In this document: positions 17,475 through 27,476 of the stretch, one piece after another
How the letters are laid out: each line of letters opens with the position of its first letter
How positions within the stretch are numbered: the stretch's first letter is position 1
NCBI GenBank assembly: GCA_963748625.1
Contig: CAVVJT010000007.1
Location: 1,184,001 to 1,248,000 of the forward strand
From: an uncultured Chloroflexia bacterium
Lineage (GTDB): Bacteria > Chloroflexota > Limnocylindria > Limnocylindrales > CSP1-4
Length of the DNA: 64,000 nt
Reading direction: 5' to 3'
Notes under the pieces: model-generated
Databases searched by the model: none
Told to the model about the DNA's origin: nothing
The model's input: only the letters and a program-made list of their open reading frames with translations
Translations under genes and position numbers: made by a program

Positions 17475-18872
17475 TCAGCCACCCTGGATGGTCTTGACCA
17501 CGATGATCGCCGTGGCCGTGAGGAACAGGTTGAGCAGAGCAGCGGGCAGGAGCCACTTCCAGGCGAAGCCCATGAGGTGGTCGATCCGCACGCGCGGGAA
17601 CGTGGCGCGCATCCAGACGAAGACGAAGACGAAGGCGAAGCTCTTGATGAAGAACCAGAGCATGCCCGCGACCCAGTCCCAGCTGATGAACGCGAACAGG
17701 AACGCTGCGCCGATCGCCACCACGTTGAACAGCAGGAAGCCCGCCACCAGCGCCTTCCAGGCGGGAGCGCCGCGCTTGGCGAGGTAGTACGGCAGGGCGA
17801 ACAGCAGCGTCAGGACCACCGGCACGACCAGCAGGAGCACCAGCAGGCCCATGCCCAGGCTGCCCGGGTCGAGGCTGATGGTGATCGGCTGGAGGCTGGT
17901 GCCGGCCCAGGAGTTGATCCACGCGAGGGTGGCGTTGAGGTCGACCGGCGCGTTCCAGGCCCCGAAGAAGAAGGTCGTCAGCAGCGCCGACACGATGAAC
18001 ACGTTCACGTACTCGGCGAAGAACAGGAAGCCGAACCGCATGCCCGAGTACTCGGTGGCGAAGCCGGCGACGATCTCCGAGTCCGCCTCGGTGAGGTCGA
18101 ACGGCGTCCGGTTGGCCTCCGCGATGGAGGCGATGAAGAAGATCAGCGCGCCCAGCGGCTGGCGGAAGACGAACCAGTCGGTGAACCAGCCCGCCTGCTG
18201 GTTGGCCAGCTCGTAGACCGACAACGAGCCCGCGAGCAGGATCAGGCCCACGACCGAGAGGGTCAGCGGGATCTCGTACGAGACCATCTGCGCCGCGGAG
18301 CGCAGGCCGCCCAGCAGCGAGTACTTGTTGCTTGACGACCAGCCGGCGAGCAGCAGGCCCACCACCGTCATGCCGCCCACCGCGAACAGGTAGAGCACGC
18401 CGATGTTGAGGTCCTGGCCGACGAGGCCCGGGCCGAACGGGATGACCAGGAACGTCATCACCGCGGTCAGGAACACGAGGACGGGCGCCCACGTGAACAC
18501 GAGCACGTCGGCGTTGCCGGGGGTGAAGTCCTCCTTGGTCAGCACCTTGAGACCTGCGACCACGGAGTGGGCGGCGCCCTTGGGGCCGACCCGGTCCGGG
18601 CCCACGCGGAGGTTCATGAAGGCGATGACCTTCAGCTCCATGTAGATGATGAGGAACGCGGCCGGGATGCTGAACAGCAGGACGCCGGTGATGGCGACCA
18701 GGAACCGGACGATCCCCATGTTCGAGCTGAGCACGTCCGCCAGCCACGGGCCCAGGACTGTCAGCGCGAAGATCGCCAGGAGCGGCCCGACCACCAGGAC
18801 TAGGACCAGCAGCGGGATGACGATCTTGCCGAGGACCGTCATGTTGTTCCAGGTGCGGGTGAGTGTCGTCAT
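17475..18872 (-). CDS. nuoH: NADH-quinone oxidoreductase subunit H
   Basis: RVGPDRVGP, NKYSLLGGLRSAAQMVSYE, NRTPFDLTEADSEIVAGFATEYSG. Confidence 0.95.
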   Translation of the reverse strand: MTTLTRTWNNMTVLGKIVIPLLVLVLVVGPLLAIFALTVLGPWLADVLSSNMGIVRFLVAITGVLLFSIPAAFLIIYMELKVIAFMNLRVGPDRVGPKGAAHSVVAGLKVLTKEDFTPGNADVLVFTWAPVLVFLTAVMTFLVIPFGPGLVGQDLNIGVLYLFAVGGMTVVGLLLAGWSSSNKYSLLGGLRSAAQMVSYEIPLTLSVVGLILLAGSLSVYELANQQAGWFTDWFVFRQPLGALIFFIASIAEANRTPFDLTEADSEIVAGFATEYSGMRFGFLFFAEYVNVFIVSALLTTFFFGAWNAPVDLNATLAWINSWAGTSLQPITISLDPGSLGMGLLVLLLVVPVVLTLLFALPYYLAKRGAPAWKALVAGFLLFNVVAIGAAFLFAFISWDWVAGMLWFFIKSFAFVFVFVWMRATFPRVRIDHLMGFAWKWLLPAALLNLFLTATAIIVVKTIQGG

Positions 18873-18880
18873 CGTCCGGC

Positions 18881-20125
18881 CTACTTGTCGATGCCGCCCA
18901 TGATCGGGTCGAGCGATGACATCACTGCCATCGTGTCCGCGATCAGGTTGCCCTTCACCAGCAGGCCGACCAGCTGCAGGTTCACAAACGACGGGTCGTG
19001 GATCTTGAGCCGGAACGGCTGGTCGGTGCCGTCGGAGATGGCGTAGGTTCCGAACAGGCCGCGCGGGCCTTCGACAGCCGCCCAGGCGCGCCCGGGCCGC
19101 GGCCGGACCAGCCGGGGCAGGCGTGCCATGACGGGTCCATCGGGCATGTTGTGGAGGCACTGGTCGATGATCCGCAGGCTCTGCTTGATCTCGTCGAGGC
19201 GCAGCAGGTAGCGGTCCAGGGAGTCACCGCCCTCCGGGCCGGTGCCGCGGACGGGGATGTCGAACTCGAGCTCCGGGTACACGGAGTAGGGATGGTCGCG
19301 GCGGAGGTCGAACTTGACCCCGGCGGCCCGCAGGTTGGGGCCGGTGACACCCATCCGGAACGCGAGGTCGGGGTCCACCCGGCCGATGTCGCGCATGCGG
19401 CGGACGAAGATCTCGTTCTCGTTGAGCAGGCCGGCGTTGGCCTCGATCTGGGTCAGCGCGCGGCTCATCCAGTCGCCCAGGCGGGACATGAACTCGTGGT
19501 TGACGTCGCCGTTCACGCCGCCGATGCGGAAGTAGTTGAACAGCATCCGCTGGCCGGTGATGGAGGCCAGCATCTCCACGATCTCGTCGCGCTCGATGAA
19601 CGCGTAGAGGATGGGCGTGAGGCCGCCGAGGTCGAGCGCCATGAACCCCTGGAAGAGGCCGTGGCTCGAGATGCGCAGCAGCTCGCCGGTCAGCACGCGG
19701 ATGTACTCGGCGCGCCTGGGGACCTCGACGTCGAGCAGCTGCTCGAACGCCATCACCGGCGCCCACTCGCAGAACAGCGAGCTCACGTACTCGAGCGGGT
19801 CCATCTGGGTGATGACGTGGTGGTAGTCCGAGTTCTCGGCGATCTTCTCCACGCCCCGGTGGAGGTATCCGAGGACCGGGTCCAGGTCCACGACCTGCTC
19901 GCCGTTGATCTTGAGGACGACGCGCAGCACGCCGTGCGTGGACGGGTGGTGCGGACCCATGTTGATGAGCATCTCGCCGTCGGCCACGGAGTAGAACTCG
20001 GCCTCGCGCTCGGTGCGCGGCGGATACGGCGGGATGGACTCGAACTGCCCGATCTGGTCGTCGAGCATGATCCGCGGGTCGTCCAGGGAGGGGTGCTGGC
20101 CCGGGCGGGCCTGGGAGGTCGTCAT
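18881..20125 (-). CDS. nuoD: NADH-quinone oxidoreductase subunit D
   Basis: NMGPHHPSTHGVLR, LGYLHRGVEK, VEGPRG, SLDPIMGGIDK. Confidence 0.95.
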   Translation of the reverse strand: MTTSQARPGQHPSLDDPRIMLDDQIGQFESIPPYPPRTEREAEFYSVADGEMLINMGPHHPSTHGVLRVVLKINGEQVVDLDPVLGYLHRGVEKIAENSDYHHVITQMDPLEYVSSLFCEWAPVMAFEQLLDVEVPRRAEYIRVLTGELLRISSHGLFQGFMALDLGGLTPILYAFIERDEIVEMLASITGQRMLFNYFRIGGVNGDVNHEFMSRLGDWMSRALTQIEANAGLLNENEIFVRRMRDIGRVDPDLAFRMGVTGPNLRAAGVKFDLRRDHPYSVYPELEFDIPVRGTGPEGGDSLDRYLLRLDEIKQSLRIIDQCLHNMPDGPVMARLPRLVRPRPGRAWAAVEGPRGLFGTYAISDGTDQPFRLKIHDPSFVNLQLVGLLVKGNLIADTMAVMSSLDPIMGGIDK

Positions 20126-20127
20126 GG

Positions 20128-20676
20128 TCAGGCCTTCACCGTGCGGCGCACGACACGCTCCGTCGCCTGGACGGGCACGTGGGACCGCTCCATCTGGCGC
20201 ACGCCGGCGCCGGGGGAGCGGGCGGCGTCGTCGGGGAGATAGAAGTCCTTGCGGAGCGGAAAGCTGACGTAGTCCGGCGGCATGTAGATGCGCCGCAGGT
20301 CCCGGTTCCCCTCGAAGACGATCCCGAACATGTCGTACGTCTCGCGCTCCATCCACTCGGCACCGGGCCACAGGCCGGTCAGCGTGGGTACGCGCGGGTT
20401 GTCACGCGGGAGCGGTTCGCAGATCACGCGCAGCCAGTCCGGCGTCGTGGCCGCCCAGACGTGGTAGGTCACGTTCATGTGCTCGCCGGTGTCCACGCCG
20501 GCAAGGTCCGCCAGCATGACGAAGGCGAAGTCCGGCTCGTCGTGGAGCGCGGTCAGGACCTCGATGACGTCCGCCGGGCCGACGCGGATCTCGGTCTGGT
20601 CGTGCCGCTGGCGGACGGGTCCCACGAGCCTGTCCGCGAACCGTGCCTCGAGGCGCTTGCGCAGCTGACGGTCCAC
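20128..20676 (-). CDS. nuoC: NADH-quinone oxidoreductase subunit C
   Basis: WPGAEWMERETYDMFGIVFEG..DLRRI...PLRKDF. Confidence 0.93.
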   Translation of the reverse strand: MDRQLRKRLEARFADRLVGPVRQRHDQTEIRVGPADVIEVLTALHDEPDFAFVMLADLAGVDTGEHMNVTYHVWAATTPDWLRVICEPLPRDNPRVPTLTGLWPGAEWMERETYDMFGIVFEGNRDLRRIYMPPDYVSFPLRKDFYLPDDAARSPGAGVRQMERSHVPVQATERVVRRTVKA

Positions 20677-20678
20677 GG

Positions 20679-21428
20679 CTAGACGTCCTTCGGCACGGTG
20701 GGGCCGACGCGGTGCTCGTCCCAGTGGCCGCGCCGCTCCTTCACGAGCTGGCCCAGCTTCATCATCCCGTAGATGAGACCCTCGGGACGCGGCGGGCACC
20801 CGGGGACGTACACGTCCACCGGCATCAGGCGGTCGATGCCCTCAACCGTGGCGTACGAGCGCTTGTAGCGGCCGCCCGAGCAGGTGCAGTCACCCATCGC
20901 CACGCACCACTTGGGCTCCGGCATCTGCTCCCACAGGCGGACGAGCGGACCGGCCATCTTGGTGGTGAGCGTGCCCGCGACGATCAGCACGTCCGCCTGG
21001 CGGGGGCTGGCGCGGAACGGGAACATGCCCCAGCGGTCCATGTCGTTCTTGGACGTGGCGCTGGACATCATCTCGAACGCGCAGCAGGCGAGGCCCGACA
21101 GCAGCGGCCAGAGGCTGTTCATCCGGATCAGGTCGACGATGTAGTCGGCCTTGGTGGGGATCACCTCGAGCTGGCCCCAGCGCGCGGTGTCGGACACCTG
21201 GCCGTCCGTGCCCTCGAGGGCCGCGAGGTGGTAGTAGGGCGCGGGGGCCGGGTAGGCGGCGGGGTTGTTCGAGGCCCAGAGGGAGTTCGGCACGATCAGC
21301 GGGGCCGCCACGCCGGACGGCTGTGCCGAGACCAGCGCGCCGGGCAGGCTCCCGGGCTGGTCAGCGCCAATGGGTGAGGCATCACCCGCCGCGGCAGCGG
21401 CCTCGGGACCTTCGGGGTTCAGCGCCAC
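20679..21428 (-). CDS. nuoB: NADH-quinone oxidoreductase subunit B
   Basis: GLACCAFEMM, RASPRQAD, VDVYVPGCPPRPE. Confidence 0.95.
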   Translation of the reverse strand: MALNPEGPEAAAAAGDASPIGADQPGSLPGALVSAQPSGVAAPLIVPNSLWASNNPAAYPAPAPYYHLAALEGTDGQVSDTARWGQLEVIPTKADYIVDLIRMNSLWPLLSGLACCAFEMMSSATSKNDMDRWGMFPFRASPRQADVLIVAGTLTTKMAGPLVRLWEQMPEPKWCVAMGDCTCSGGRYKRSYATVEGIDRLMPVDVYVPGCPPRPEGLIYGMMKLGQLVKERRGHWDEHRVGPTVPKDV

Positions 21429-21775
21429 GACAGCACTCCCTTGCGCCAGGCATAGGCGAGGCCGAGCAGGAGGACGCCGACGAAGATCAGCATGCTCACG
21501 AGGCCGCCCAGCAACAGGTCCTGGAAGACCAGGGCCCAGAGGTAGATGAACACGACCTCGATGTCGAAGGCCACGAACATCAGCGCGTAGATGTAGAAGC
21601 TGATGCCGAACCGGGCGTGGGTGTCGCCGTAGGTGTCGATGCCCGACTCGTAGGGGTAGCCCTTGTGCTCGTCACCGCGGGTGCGGTGGGAGATCAGCCA
21701 GGCCAGGCCGATCGTGCCGAAGACGAACAGGGTGCCGGCGATGGCGAACCCGACGACATACCAGATCCCGGTCAC
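21419..21775 (-). CDS. nuoA: NADH-quinone oxidoreductase subunit A
   Basis: PYESG, FYIYALMFVAFDIE, YAWRKGVLSW; GTG start inferred. Confidence 0.93.
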   Translation of the reverse strand: MTGIWYVVGFAIAGTLFVFGTIGLAWLISHRTRGDEHKGYPYESGIDTYGDTHARFGISFYIYALMFVAFDIEVVFIYLWALVFQDLLLGGLVSMLIFVGVLLLGLAYAWRKGVLSWR

Positions 21776-21885
21776 GTGATCCTCGAGGTCGAATGGGACC
21801 GCGTGTGCACTGCGCGGTCCGCGTTCGAGGTGTGATGGTTTGTTGCGTGTGCACCGGACCTCACTGGGCGAGGCACGGCGCGGAC

Positions 21886-21894
21886 ATTCTAGCA
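21886..21894 (-). promoter_or_regulatory. Candidate extended -10 promoter of the nuo operon
   Basis: TG-c-TAGAAT on the minus strand, about 110 bp upstream of nuoA. Confidence 0.45.
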
Positions 21895-22017
21895 AGGCAG
21901 GTGCTGGAGGAATCACCTTCCGGCCCAGTCATGGCGGCCCATCCGGCTCTCAACGTGGGGGCCGGTGGCGCCCTCCGGGTGGCACGCGGTCGTGACCGGC
22001 GCCGGCTCGATCGCCAC

Positions 22018-22194
22018 TCAGATCTGCGGCACGACCATCCCGACGAGCAGCAGCACGATGGCCGCCACGAACGCGATCACGCCGGCCTGCATCGGCAGGA
22101 CCGTGCCGGTCGCCCCGAGCAGCCCGACCACCATCAGCACCAGGGCCACGATGACCGTTCGGGCGGTGGGCGCGAAGTTGGTGCGCTTGCCCAT
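22018..22194 (-). CDS. Small two-TM membrane protein (58 aa, not in the ORF track)
   Basis: MGKRTNFAPTARTVIVALVLMVVGLLGATGTVLPMQAGVIAFVAAIVLLLVGMVVPQI; GC3-biased codons; starts 3 bp after the upstream stop. Confidence 0.65.
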   Translation of the reverse strand: MGKRTNFAPTARTVIVALVLMVVGLLGATGTVLPMQAGVIAFVAAIVLLLVGMVVPQI

Positions 22195-22197
22195 CGT

Positions 22198-22428
22198 CTA
22201 GATCCCCGGCAGCAGGGAGCCCGCGACCAGCAGGCCGGACGAGCCGAGCAGGCAGAGGAAGCCCGTCGTCTGGTCCATGGCGAGCCCGAAGCTCCGGAAC
22301 GTGTCCGTGACCGGTGCCAGCAGGCCGAGCGCGGGCTCGACCGGCCAGGCGAGGGCCACACCGATGAGCGCAAGCGCCACGGCCGCGATCACGGTGACCA
22401 TGCGCGGCGGATTGGGGTGGAGTCGCAT
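22198..22428 (-). CDS. Small two-TM membrane protein
   Basis: MRLHPNPPRMVTVIAAVALALIG...LLVAGSLLPGI. Confidence 0.65.
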   Translation of the reverse strand: MRLHPNPPRMVTVIAAVALALIGVALAWPVEPALGLLAPVTDTFRSFGLAMDQTTGFLCLLGSSGLLVAGSLLPGI

Positions 22429-22540
22429 GGGGCGATGATCGCCTGTCGAGCAGGCCCGCGTGCGGGCAATTCGCGCGGCGGTCTCACGCGGCCGTCTCAC
22501 GCCCGGGCACTCCCGGTTGGTCGCCGGGGGCTGGCCCGGT

Positions 22541-23773
22541 TCAGCGACCCGGTGCGGTCACTCGCTCCAGCGCCGGGAGCCTGGTGCCGGGCGGCAGGCC
22601 GCGGCCGAAGGCCAGGACCCGGAAGCCGCCCATGCCGCGCGGGTCGAGGAGGCGGGCGAGGGCCGAGCGCAGGTCGAGCGCATCCTGGAGCGAGGCGCTC
22701 GGACGCCCCAGGTAGGCGTTCACGAGATCGGAGGTGCCCGCGCGCGCGAGGAGCTCGGCCTGGGTGGTCTCCCCGAGCGGGTCGAGGCCGGCGGCGGCTG
22801 CGGCCGAGCGAACCGAGGCCAGGTCCACGGTGGCAGTGAGGTCCTGGCGGCCGATATGCCCGAACGGATCCCCGCCCACGGCATGGCGGGCGAAGACGCG
22901 CAGCGTGCCGTCGGACCGGGCGGGGCTGTGCAGGTCCTCGGGTTCCAGGGCGTAGTCCACCAGGACGACGATCCCCCGCTCGAGGTGGGCGGTTGCGCCG
23001 GCAAGCCACGTGTCGACCCCGAGGCAGACCTCCGTGATCTGGCCGTCGGCGAGGTGCACATCCTCGGCCGCGAGACGGGCAGCCAGGGCCGGGGTGGTCG
23101 GATCGGCCTCGAGCCAGCCGAACGCACCATCGTCATCCACGGTGACCAGGAGCTCGCGCAGGCCGTCGGGACGGCCGACGACCCGGTGGACCGGGAGGGC
23201 ATCGAGCACCTCGTTGGCCACGACGGCGCCGGTCTCGCCCGTGAGCGGGGGCCCATCGACCAGTAGCTCTGCGAGGCCGACGGCAGCGAGACGGCCCCGG
23301 AGCGCATCGACACGCGCGGGCTCCACCTCCATCGGCCGGTAGCGGATCGCTTCGAACAGCGGTGACCCGAGGTCCTGCAGGCCGCCCAACAGCCCTGCCG
23401 CCAGGGCGCCGTTCCCCGACCCAGGCTCGGTCACCGTGAACTGCGCGGGCCGGCCAGTCGTCTCCCACGCCTGCTCGAGCAGGCGGCCGATCGCGGCGCC
23501 GAAGATCGGGTGCGCCTCGGGTGCCGTCAGGAAGTCGGCCCCGGCCATGCCCGGACCGGCCTCGGCCTGGCGGTAGTAGCCGTGACCAGGCTCGTACAGG
23601 GCACGTTCCATGAAACGGGCGAAGGTGATGGGTCCGCGCGCGGTGATCTCGTCGCGGATCGCCGAGGCGAGCTCGTGGTCCTGGCCGACGGACGATGGGT
23701 CAGGGAGGGGTTCGCGGCGATAGCCGGGGACGGCCAACGGCTGCGTCGGGTCGCTCATCCGCGGGTCGCTCAT
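22541..23773 (-). CDS. SAM-dependent methyltransferase, MidA/NDUFAF7 family
   Basis: GPITFARFMERALYEPGHGYY, DFLTAPE, EPGSGNG, ANEVLDALPVH, QDLTATVD. Confidence 0.88.
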   Translation of the reverse strand: MSDPRMSDPTQPLAVPGYRREPLPDPSSVGQDHELASAIRDEITARGPITFARFMERALYEPGHGYYRQAEAGPGMAGADFLTAPEAHPIFGAAIGRLLEQAWETTGRPAQFTVTEPGSGNGALAAGLLGGLQDLGSPLFEAIRYRPMEVEPARVDALRGRLAAVGLAELLVDGPPLTGETGAVVANEVLDALPVHRVVGRPDGLRELLVTVDDDGAFGWLEADPTTPALAARLAAEDVHLADGQITEVCLGVDTWLAGATAHLERGIVVLVDYALEPEDLHSPARSDGTLRVFARHAVGGDPFGHIGRQDLTATVDLASVRSAAAAAGLDPLGETTQAELLARAGTSDLVNAYLGRPSASLQDALDLRSALARLLDPRGMGGFRVLAFGRGLPPGTRLPALERVTAPGR

Positions 23774-24858
23774 CCGCGGCCTCCGCGCAGGACCCACCGG
23801 ATGCCCGGGCCCACCAGGCCATGTCCGCCCAGCAGGACCGGGACGGGTGCCGCTGCGGCCGATGCCGTGAGCTCGGCGAGCCAGGGATCGCGGACGCGGT
23901 CGAACAGGAGGAGGTCCGATGCGAAGCGGTCCTCCGCGGGAGGCCAGCCGCGCTCGTCGGCGCCGAGACGGTGGGCGAGCAGGACGCGCGAATCCACGAC
24001 GGCACCGTCCGACAGGGAGGCGGCCAGGGCACCGAGGCTGCCGGGCCCGTCGCGATCGAGGAGCAAGCCCAGGACGGATCGGGCCGGGCGGCGGTTCGGC
24101 CTCCCGACCAGCGCGCCGGCTGCCGCCGTCTTCAGGCCGCGCTCCTCGACCAGGGCGCGCGTCCGGGAGCGGGTGTGGGTCTCCACCCAGCGCAGGTCGC
24201 TCGAAGCCAGGCGTCCGGCGACCAGCAGTTCCGCGCCGGGATCGGTGGCAACGGCACGCAGGGCGGCCAGGCGGGTTCGGACCGGTTCGGCATCGGCATC
24301 GGCAGGTGCGGGAAGCGGCGGGGCGGACGGCGCGCCCGCCAGGACCAGGGCATCGACCGGGCTGTCGATGTCGGCGGCGAGACGGCGCCGGGCTCGGAGA
24401 TCGCGGACTGGAACACCGGCGACCTCGGCCAGCCAACGCGGGAGGGCGTTGTCGGAGGTGAGGTCCGCCGGCAGGTTGCGCAGAGCGTCGGCGGCGCACG
24501 CGATCGCGGTGCAGTCCGCGCTGTAGCGGTGGTTCGCGAGTGCGCCGGGCTCCCCGGCCGCGGCCGCCTCCACGAACGCGCGCAGGTCCGAGGCGTTCGC
24601 GAGTGGCATCGAACCCGCCCCCAGCACCACCAGCCCGGCGGGTCGCAGCTCGTCGGCCAGGCGGCGGAGGCGGGCACCGAATGGGGTATCGTCGGGCGGC
24701 TCCCGCCGGATCACGACCTCGGCCGCACCTGCGGCCAGGAACCCCGCCCGGTGGTGCGCTGCAAGGGCGGCGCGGGCGTCGTCGAGCAGGCGCTCGAGCG
24801 GGCCGGCCGCAGGGTCGGGCAGGGGGGCGAGGATCAGGACGGTGACGGGCGCGGGCAT
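23770..24858 (-). CDS. Hypothetical protein, possible CofC/MobA-like nucleotidyltransferase fold in the N-half
   Basis: FGARL, GAGSMPL and DIDSPVD resemble the DVDTPxD motif region; translationally coupled to the methyltransferase. Confidence 0.45.
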   Translation of the reverse strand: MPAPVTVLILAPLPDPAAGPLERLLDDARAALAAHHRAGFLAAGAAEVVIRREPPDDTPFGARLRRLADELRPAGLVVLGAGSMPLANASDLRAFVEAAAAGEPGALANHRYSADCTAIACAADALRNLPADLTSDNALPRWLAEVAGVPVRDLRARRRLAADIDSPVDALVLAGAPSAPPLPAPADADAEPVRTRLAALRAVATDPGAELLVAGRLASSDLRWVETHTRSRTRALVEERGLKTAAAGALVGRPNRRPARSVLGLLLDRDGPGSLGALAASLSDGAVVDSRVLLAHRLGADERGWPPAEDRFASDLLLFDRVRDPWLAELTASAAAAPVPVLLGGHGLVGPGIRWVLRGGRG

Positions 24859-24894
24859 CGGACCCCGAGTCTAGCGATCAGGAGGCGGCGGACT

Positions 24895-25519
24895 GTGGCG
24901 CGGGTGCGGGCGTACATCGGCCTGGGGGCGAACGTTGGCGACCCGGTCGCGACGCTTGCGGCGGCGGTCCACGCGCTGGCGCGGGCTCCCCGGCTGCCGT
25001 CTCCGCGGCGTCTCCCGGCTCTATGCGACCGATCCCGTGGGTGTGCTCGACCAGCCGGAGTTCCGGAATGCGTGCGTCGCGCTGGACGTGCCGGCCGGCC
25101 AGTCGCCGGAGGCCGGGGCATCGGCGCTCCTGGTCGCGCTCAAGGGCCTGGAGCGGGAGTTCGGCCGTCAGCAGCGCGAGCGCTGGGGGCCGCGCGAGGT
25201 CGACCTGGACCTGCTGGTCTTCGGGCGGCACCGGGTCAACGTTCCGCGGCCGGAGGCGGGCCGGTCCGAGGATCCCGCCAAGGCGGCGATGCCGCTGGTC
25301 GTGCCGCACGTCGAGGCGCAGCGGCGCCTGTTCGTGCTGGCGCCGCTGGCGGACCTGGCGCCCGGGCTGGTGCCGCCAGGCTGGGGCGAGACCGTGGCGA
25401 CCGCGGCGGCCCGGCAGCGCTCCGTTGAGGGGGCCGACGCTGCCCGGCCGATCGCCTCCTGGGACGGCGAGGGCTGGCGGCCAGCGGTGACGGGCGAGGC
25501 CGACACCCAGTCGCTCTAG
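24895..25519 (+). CDS. folK: 2-amino-4-hydroxy-6-hydroxymethyldihydropteridine diphosphokinase (frameshift near 24982)
   Basis: AYIGLGANVGD in one frame; SRLYATDP..QPEFRN, RWGPREVDLDLL, PH..RLFVLAPL in the next; GGAGG RBS at 24881. Confidence 0.88.
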
Positions 25520-25754
25520 CGGAAGATCACGATCCCCGTCCACGGGCCCTGTGCCACGCCAACCCACTGACAGTGCGCGCTACTGCGATCAATTCGTTGG
25601 GATCGCGTCCGCCATCCATCCGCGGGTGCGGTTGGCGCGAAGAAAGGACGACACCAAGACGTCAGGTGTCGGGCACGAGCCACTTTGGCCACTCGCGAAC
25701 GCCACCGTCCGGTGGCGGGCTGCACCCACCCCCGTCGACCTGGAGAAACCACCA

Positions 25755-26279
25755 ATGCGCCACCGTCTCTTCGCTGCCCTCACCGGCGCCTCGCTCGCCA
25801 TCGGCATCATCGCTGCGCCTGTCGCCGCAGCGCCGCCCACGGACAACAGCATCGTGGACGTCGCCCTCGCGGCCAACGCCGAGACCGGCGAGTTCTCCAT
25901 CCTCATCGCCGCGCTCAAGGCTGCCGATCCGTCCATCATCAAGGCGCTCGACAGCAAGGGCCAGTACACCGTCTTCGCCCCGACGGACGCGGCCTTCGTC
26001 TCGCTGCTCAACGAGCTCGACCTCACCGCCGGCGAGGTGCTCGGCAACCAGGCCCTGCTCAACAAGGTCCTGACCTACCACGTCGCCCGTGGCGAGCGGA
26101 TGGCCGAGGACGTTCTCGACTCGAGCCGCATCCGCACGCTGAACCGGGGCTTCGTGTTCCAGATGGGTGGCGTCCTGACCGACGTGAACGGCCGCAACGC
26201 GAACATCATTGCCACCGACATCGACGCGTCGAACGGCGTCATCCACGTCATCGACCGGGTCATCCTCCCCAAGATGTGA
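25755..26279 (+). CDS. Secreted fasciclin (FAS1) domain protein
   Basis: Signal peptide, YTVFAPTDAAF, LTYHV, SNGVIHVIDRVILP; GGAG RBS. Confidence 0.92.
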   Translation: MRHRLFAALTGASLAIGIIAAPVAAAPPTDNSIVDVALAANAETGEFSILIAALKAADPSIIKALDSKGQYTVFAPTDAAFVSLLNELDLTAGEVLGNQALLNKVLTYHVARGERMAEDVLDSSRIRTLNRGFVFQMGGVLTDVNGRNANIIATDIDASNGVIHVIDRVILPKM

Positions 26280-26313
26280 CGGCTCGGCGGACCACCGCCG
26301 CAGACATCTCGAG

Positions 26314-26340
26314 AACGCCCGGCCCCACGGCCGGGCGTTT
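26314..26340 (+). terminator. Hairpin terminator after the fasciclin gene
   Basis: aacgcccggcc-ccac-ggccgggcgtt followed by t, between convergent genes. Confidence 0.6.
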
Positions 26341-26376
26341 CCCGTCCCCGGCCCGGTTGACGAGCCGCCCGGCTGC

Positions 26377-27366
26377 CTAGAGCCGAACAGCCGGCGGCCG
26401 GTCCCGGTCGAACATGTGGACCGTGTCCACGAACCGGACCTGCTTCGCCTGGTAGGCCATGACCAGCGAGTGGGTTCGCGCGCCGCCGCCGAAGAAGCGC
26501 ACCGGCTGGAGCAGGTCGCCACCGGTCACCCCGGTGGCCGCGAACACCAAGTTGTCCCCCGACGCGAGGTCCTCCGTCCGGTAGACCTTGGTCTCATCGG
26601 CGTGGCCCAGCATCTTCGACGACCGCGCGCGCTCCCGCTCCTCCTCGCTGCGGAACCGGAACCGGGCCTGGATCTCTCCGCCGAGGCAGCGCAGCGCCGC
26701 CGCCGTGATGACGCCTTCTGGCGCGCCGCCGATCCCCATCACCGCGTGGACGCCGGTGCCCTGGACCGCGCACGAGATCGCTGCCGACACGTCGCCGTCG
26801 GAGATGAGCTTGATCCGGGCGCCTGTTCCGCGGACCTCGGCGATGAGATCTGCATGGCGCGGCCGGTCAAGGATGACCACCGTGATGTCGGAGACCTTGC
26901 GGCGCAGCGCCTCCGCGATCCGCTGGCAGTTCTCGGCCGGTGGCAGGGTGATGTCCACGCACCCGGCAGCCACCGGTCCGACCGCCAGCTTCTCGAGGTA
27001 GGTGTCGGGCGCATGCGTGAGCCCGCCCCGCTCGGACGCCGCCAGCACGGTGAGCGCGCCGGCCTGGCCCGTGGCGACCAGGTTCGTCCCCTCGAGCGGA
27101 TCCACGGCGATGTCCACCGCTTGGGCGACCTCGTGGCGCTCGAGCCGGCCGACCTCCTCGCCGATGTAGAGCATCGGCGCCTCGTCCCGCTCCCCCTCAC
27201 CGATGACGATGGTGCCGGCGATATCCGCCTCGTCCATCGTGCGGCGCATCGCCTCGGTCGCGGCCTGGTCGGCCTCGTCGCGCATGCCGCGGCCCATGAA
27301 GCGGGCGGATGCGATCGCGGCCGCCTCGGTCACGCGGACCATCTCGAGGGCGAGGAACTGTTCCAT
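26377..27366 (-). CDS. glpX: Fructose-1,6-bisphosphatase class II
   Basis: [44 protein letters not shown]. Confidence 0.95.
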   Translation of the reverse strand: MEQFLALEMVRVTEAAAIASARFMGRGMRDEADQAATEAMRRTMDEADIAGTIVIGEGERDEAPMLYIGEEVGRLERHEVAQAVDIAVDPLEGTNLVATGQAGALTVLAASERGGLTHAPDTYLEKLAVGPVAAGCVDITLPPAENCQRIAEALRRKVSDITVVILDRPRHADLIAEVRGTGARIKLISDGDVSAAISCAVQGTGVHAVMGIGGAPEGVITAAALRCLGGEIQARFRFRSEEERERARSSKMLGHADETKVYRTEDLASGDNLVFAATGVTGGDLLQPVRFFGGGARTHSLVMAYQAKQVRFVDTVHMFDRDRPPAVRL

Positions 27367-27428
27367 CGGTGCCTCCGTCGGTGGTCCGGGCTCCGCGCCC
27401 GGCAGGATCGTGGAGCGGCCCCGGGAGC

Positions 27429-27476
27429 TCAGCCCCGCAAGAGCCGGGGATCAGCCCCGCAAGAGCCGGGGATCAG
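27429..27476 (+). repeat. 22-bp direct repeat, 2 copies (tcagccccgcaagagccgggga)
   Basis: Visible between purH and glpX; each unit has cccc...gggg hairpin potential. Confidence 0.8.

Noticed and set aside
24960-25000. Programmed frameshift in folK
   Set aside because: No slippery heptamer is visible; an indel error is simpler.
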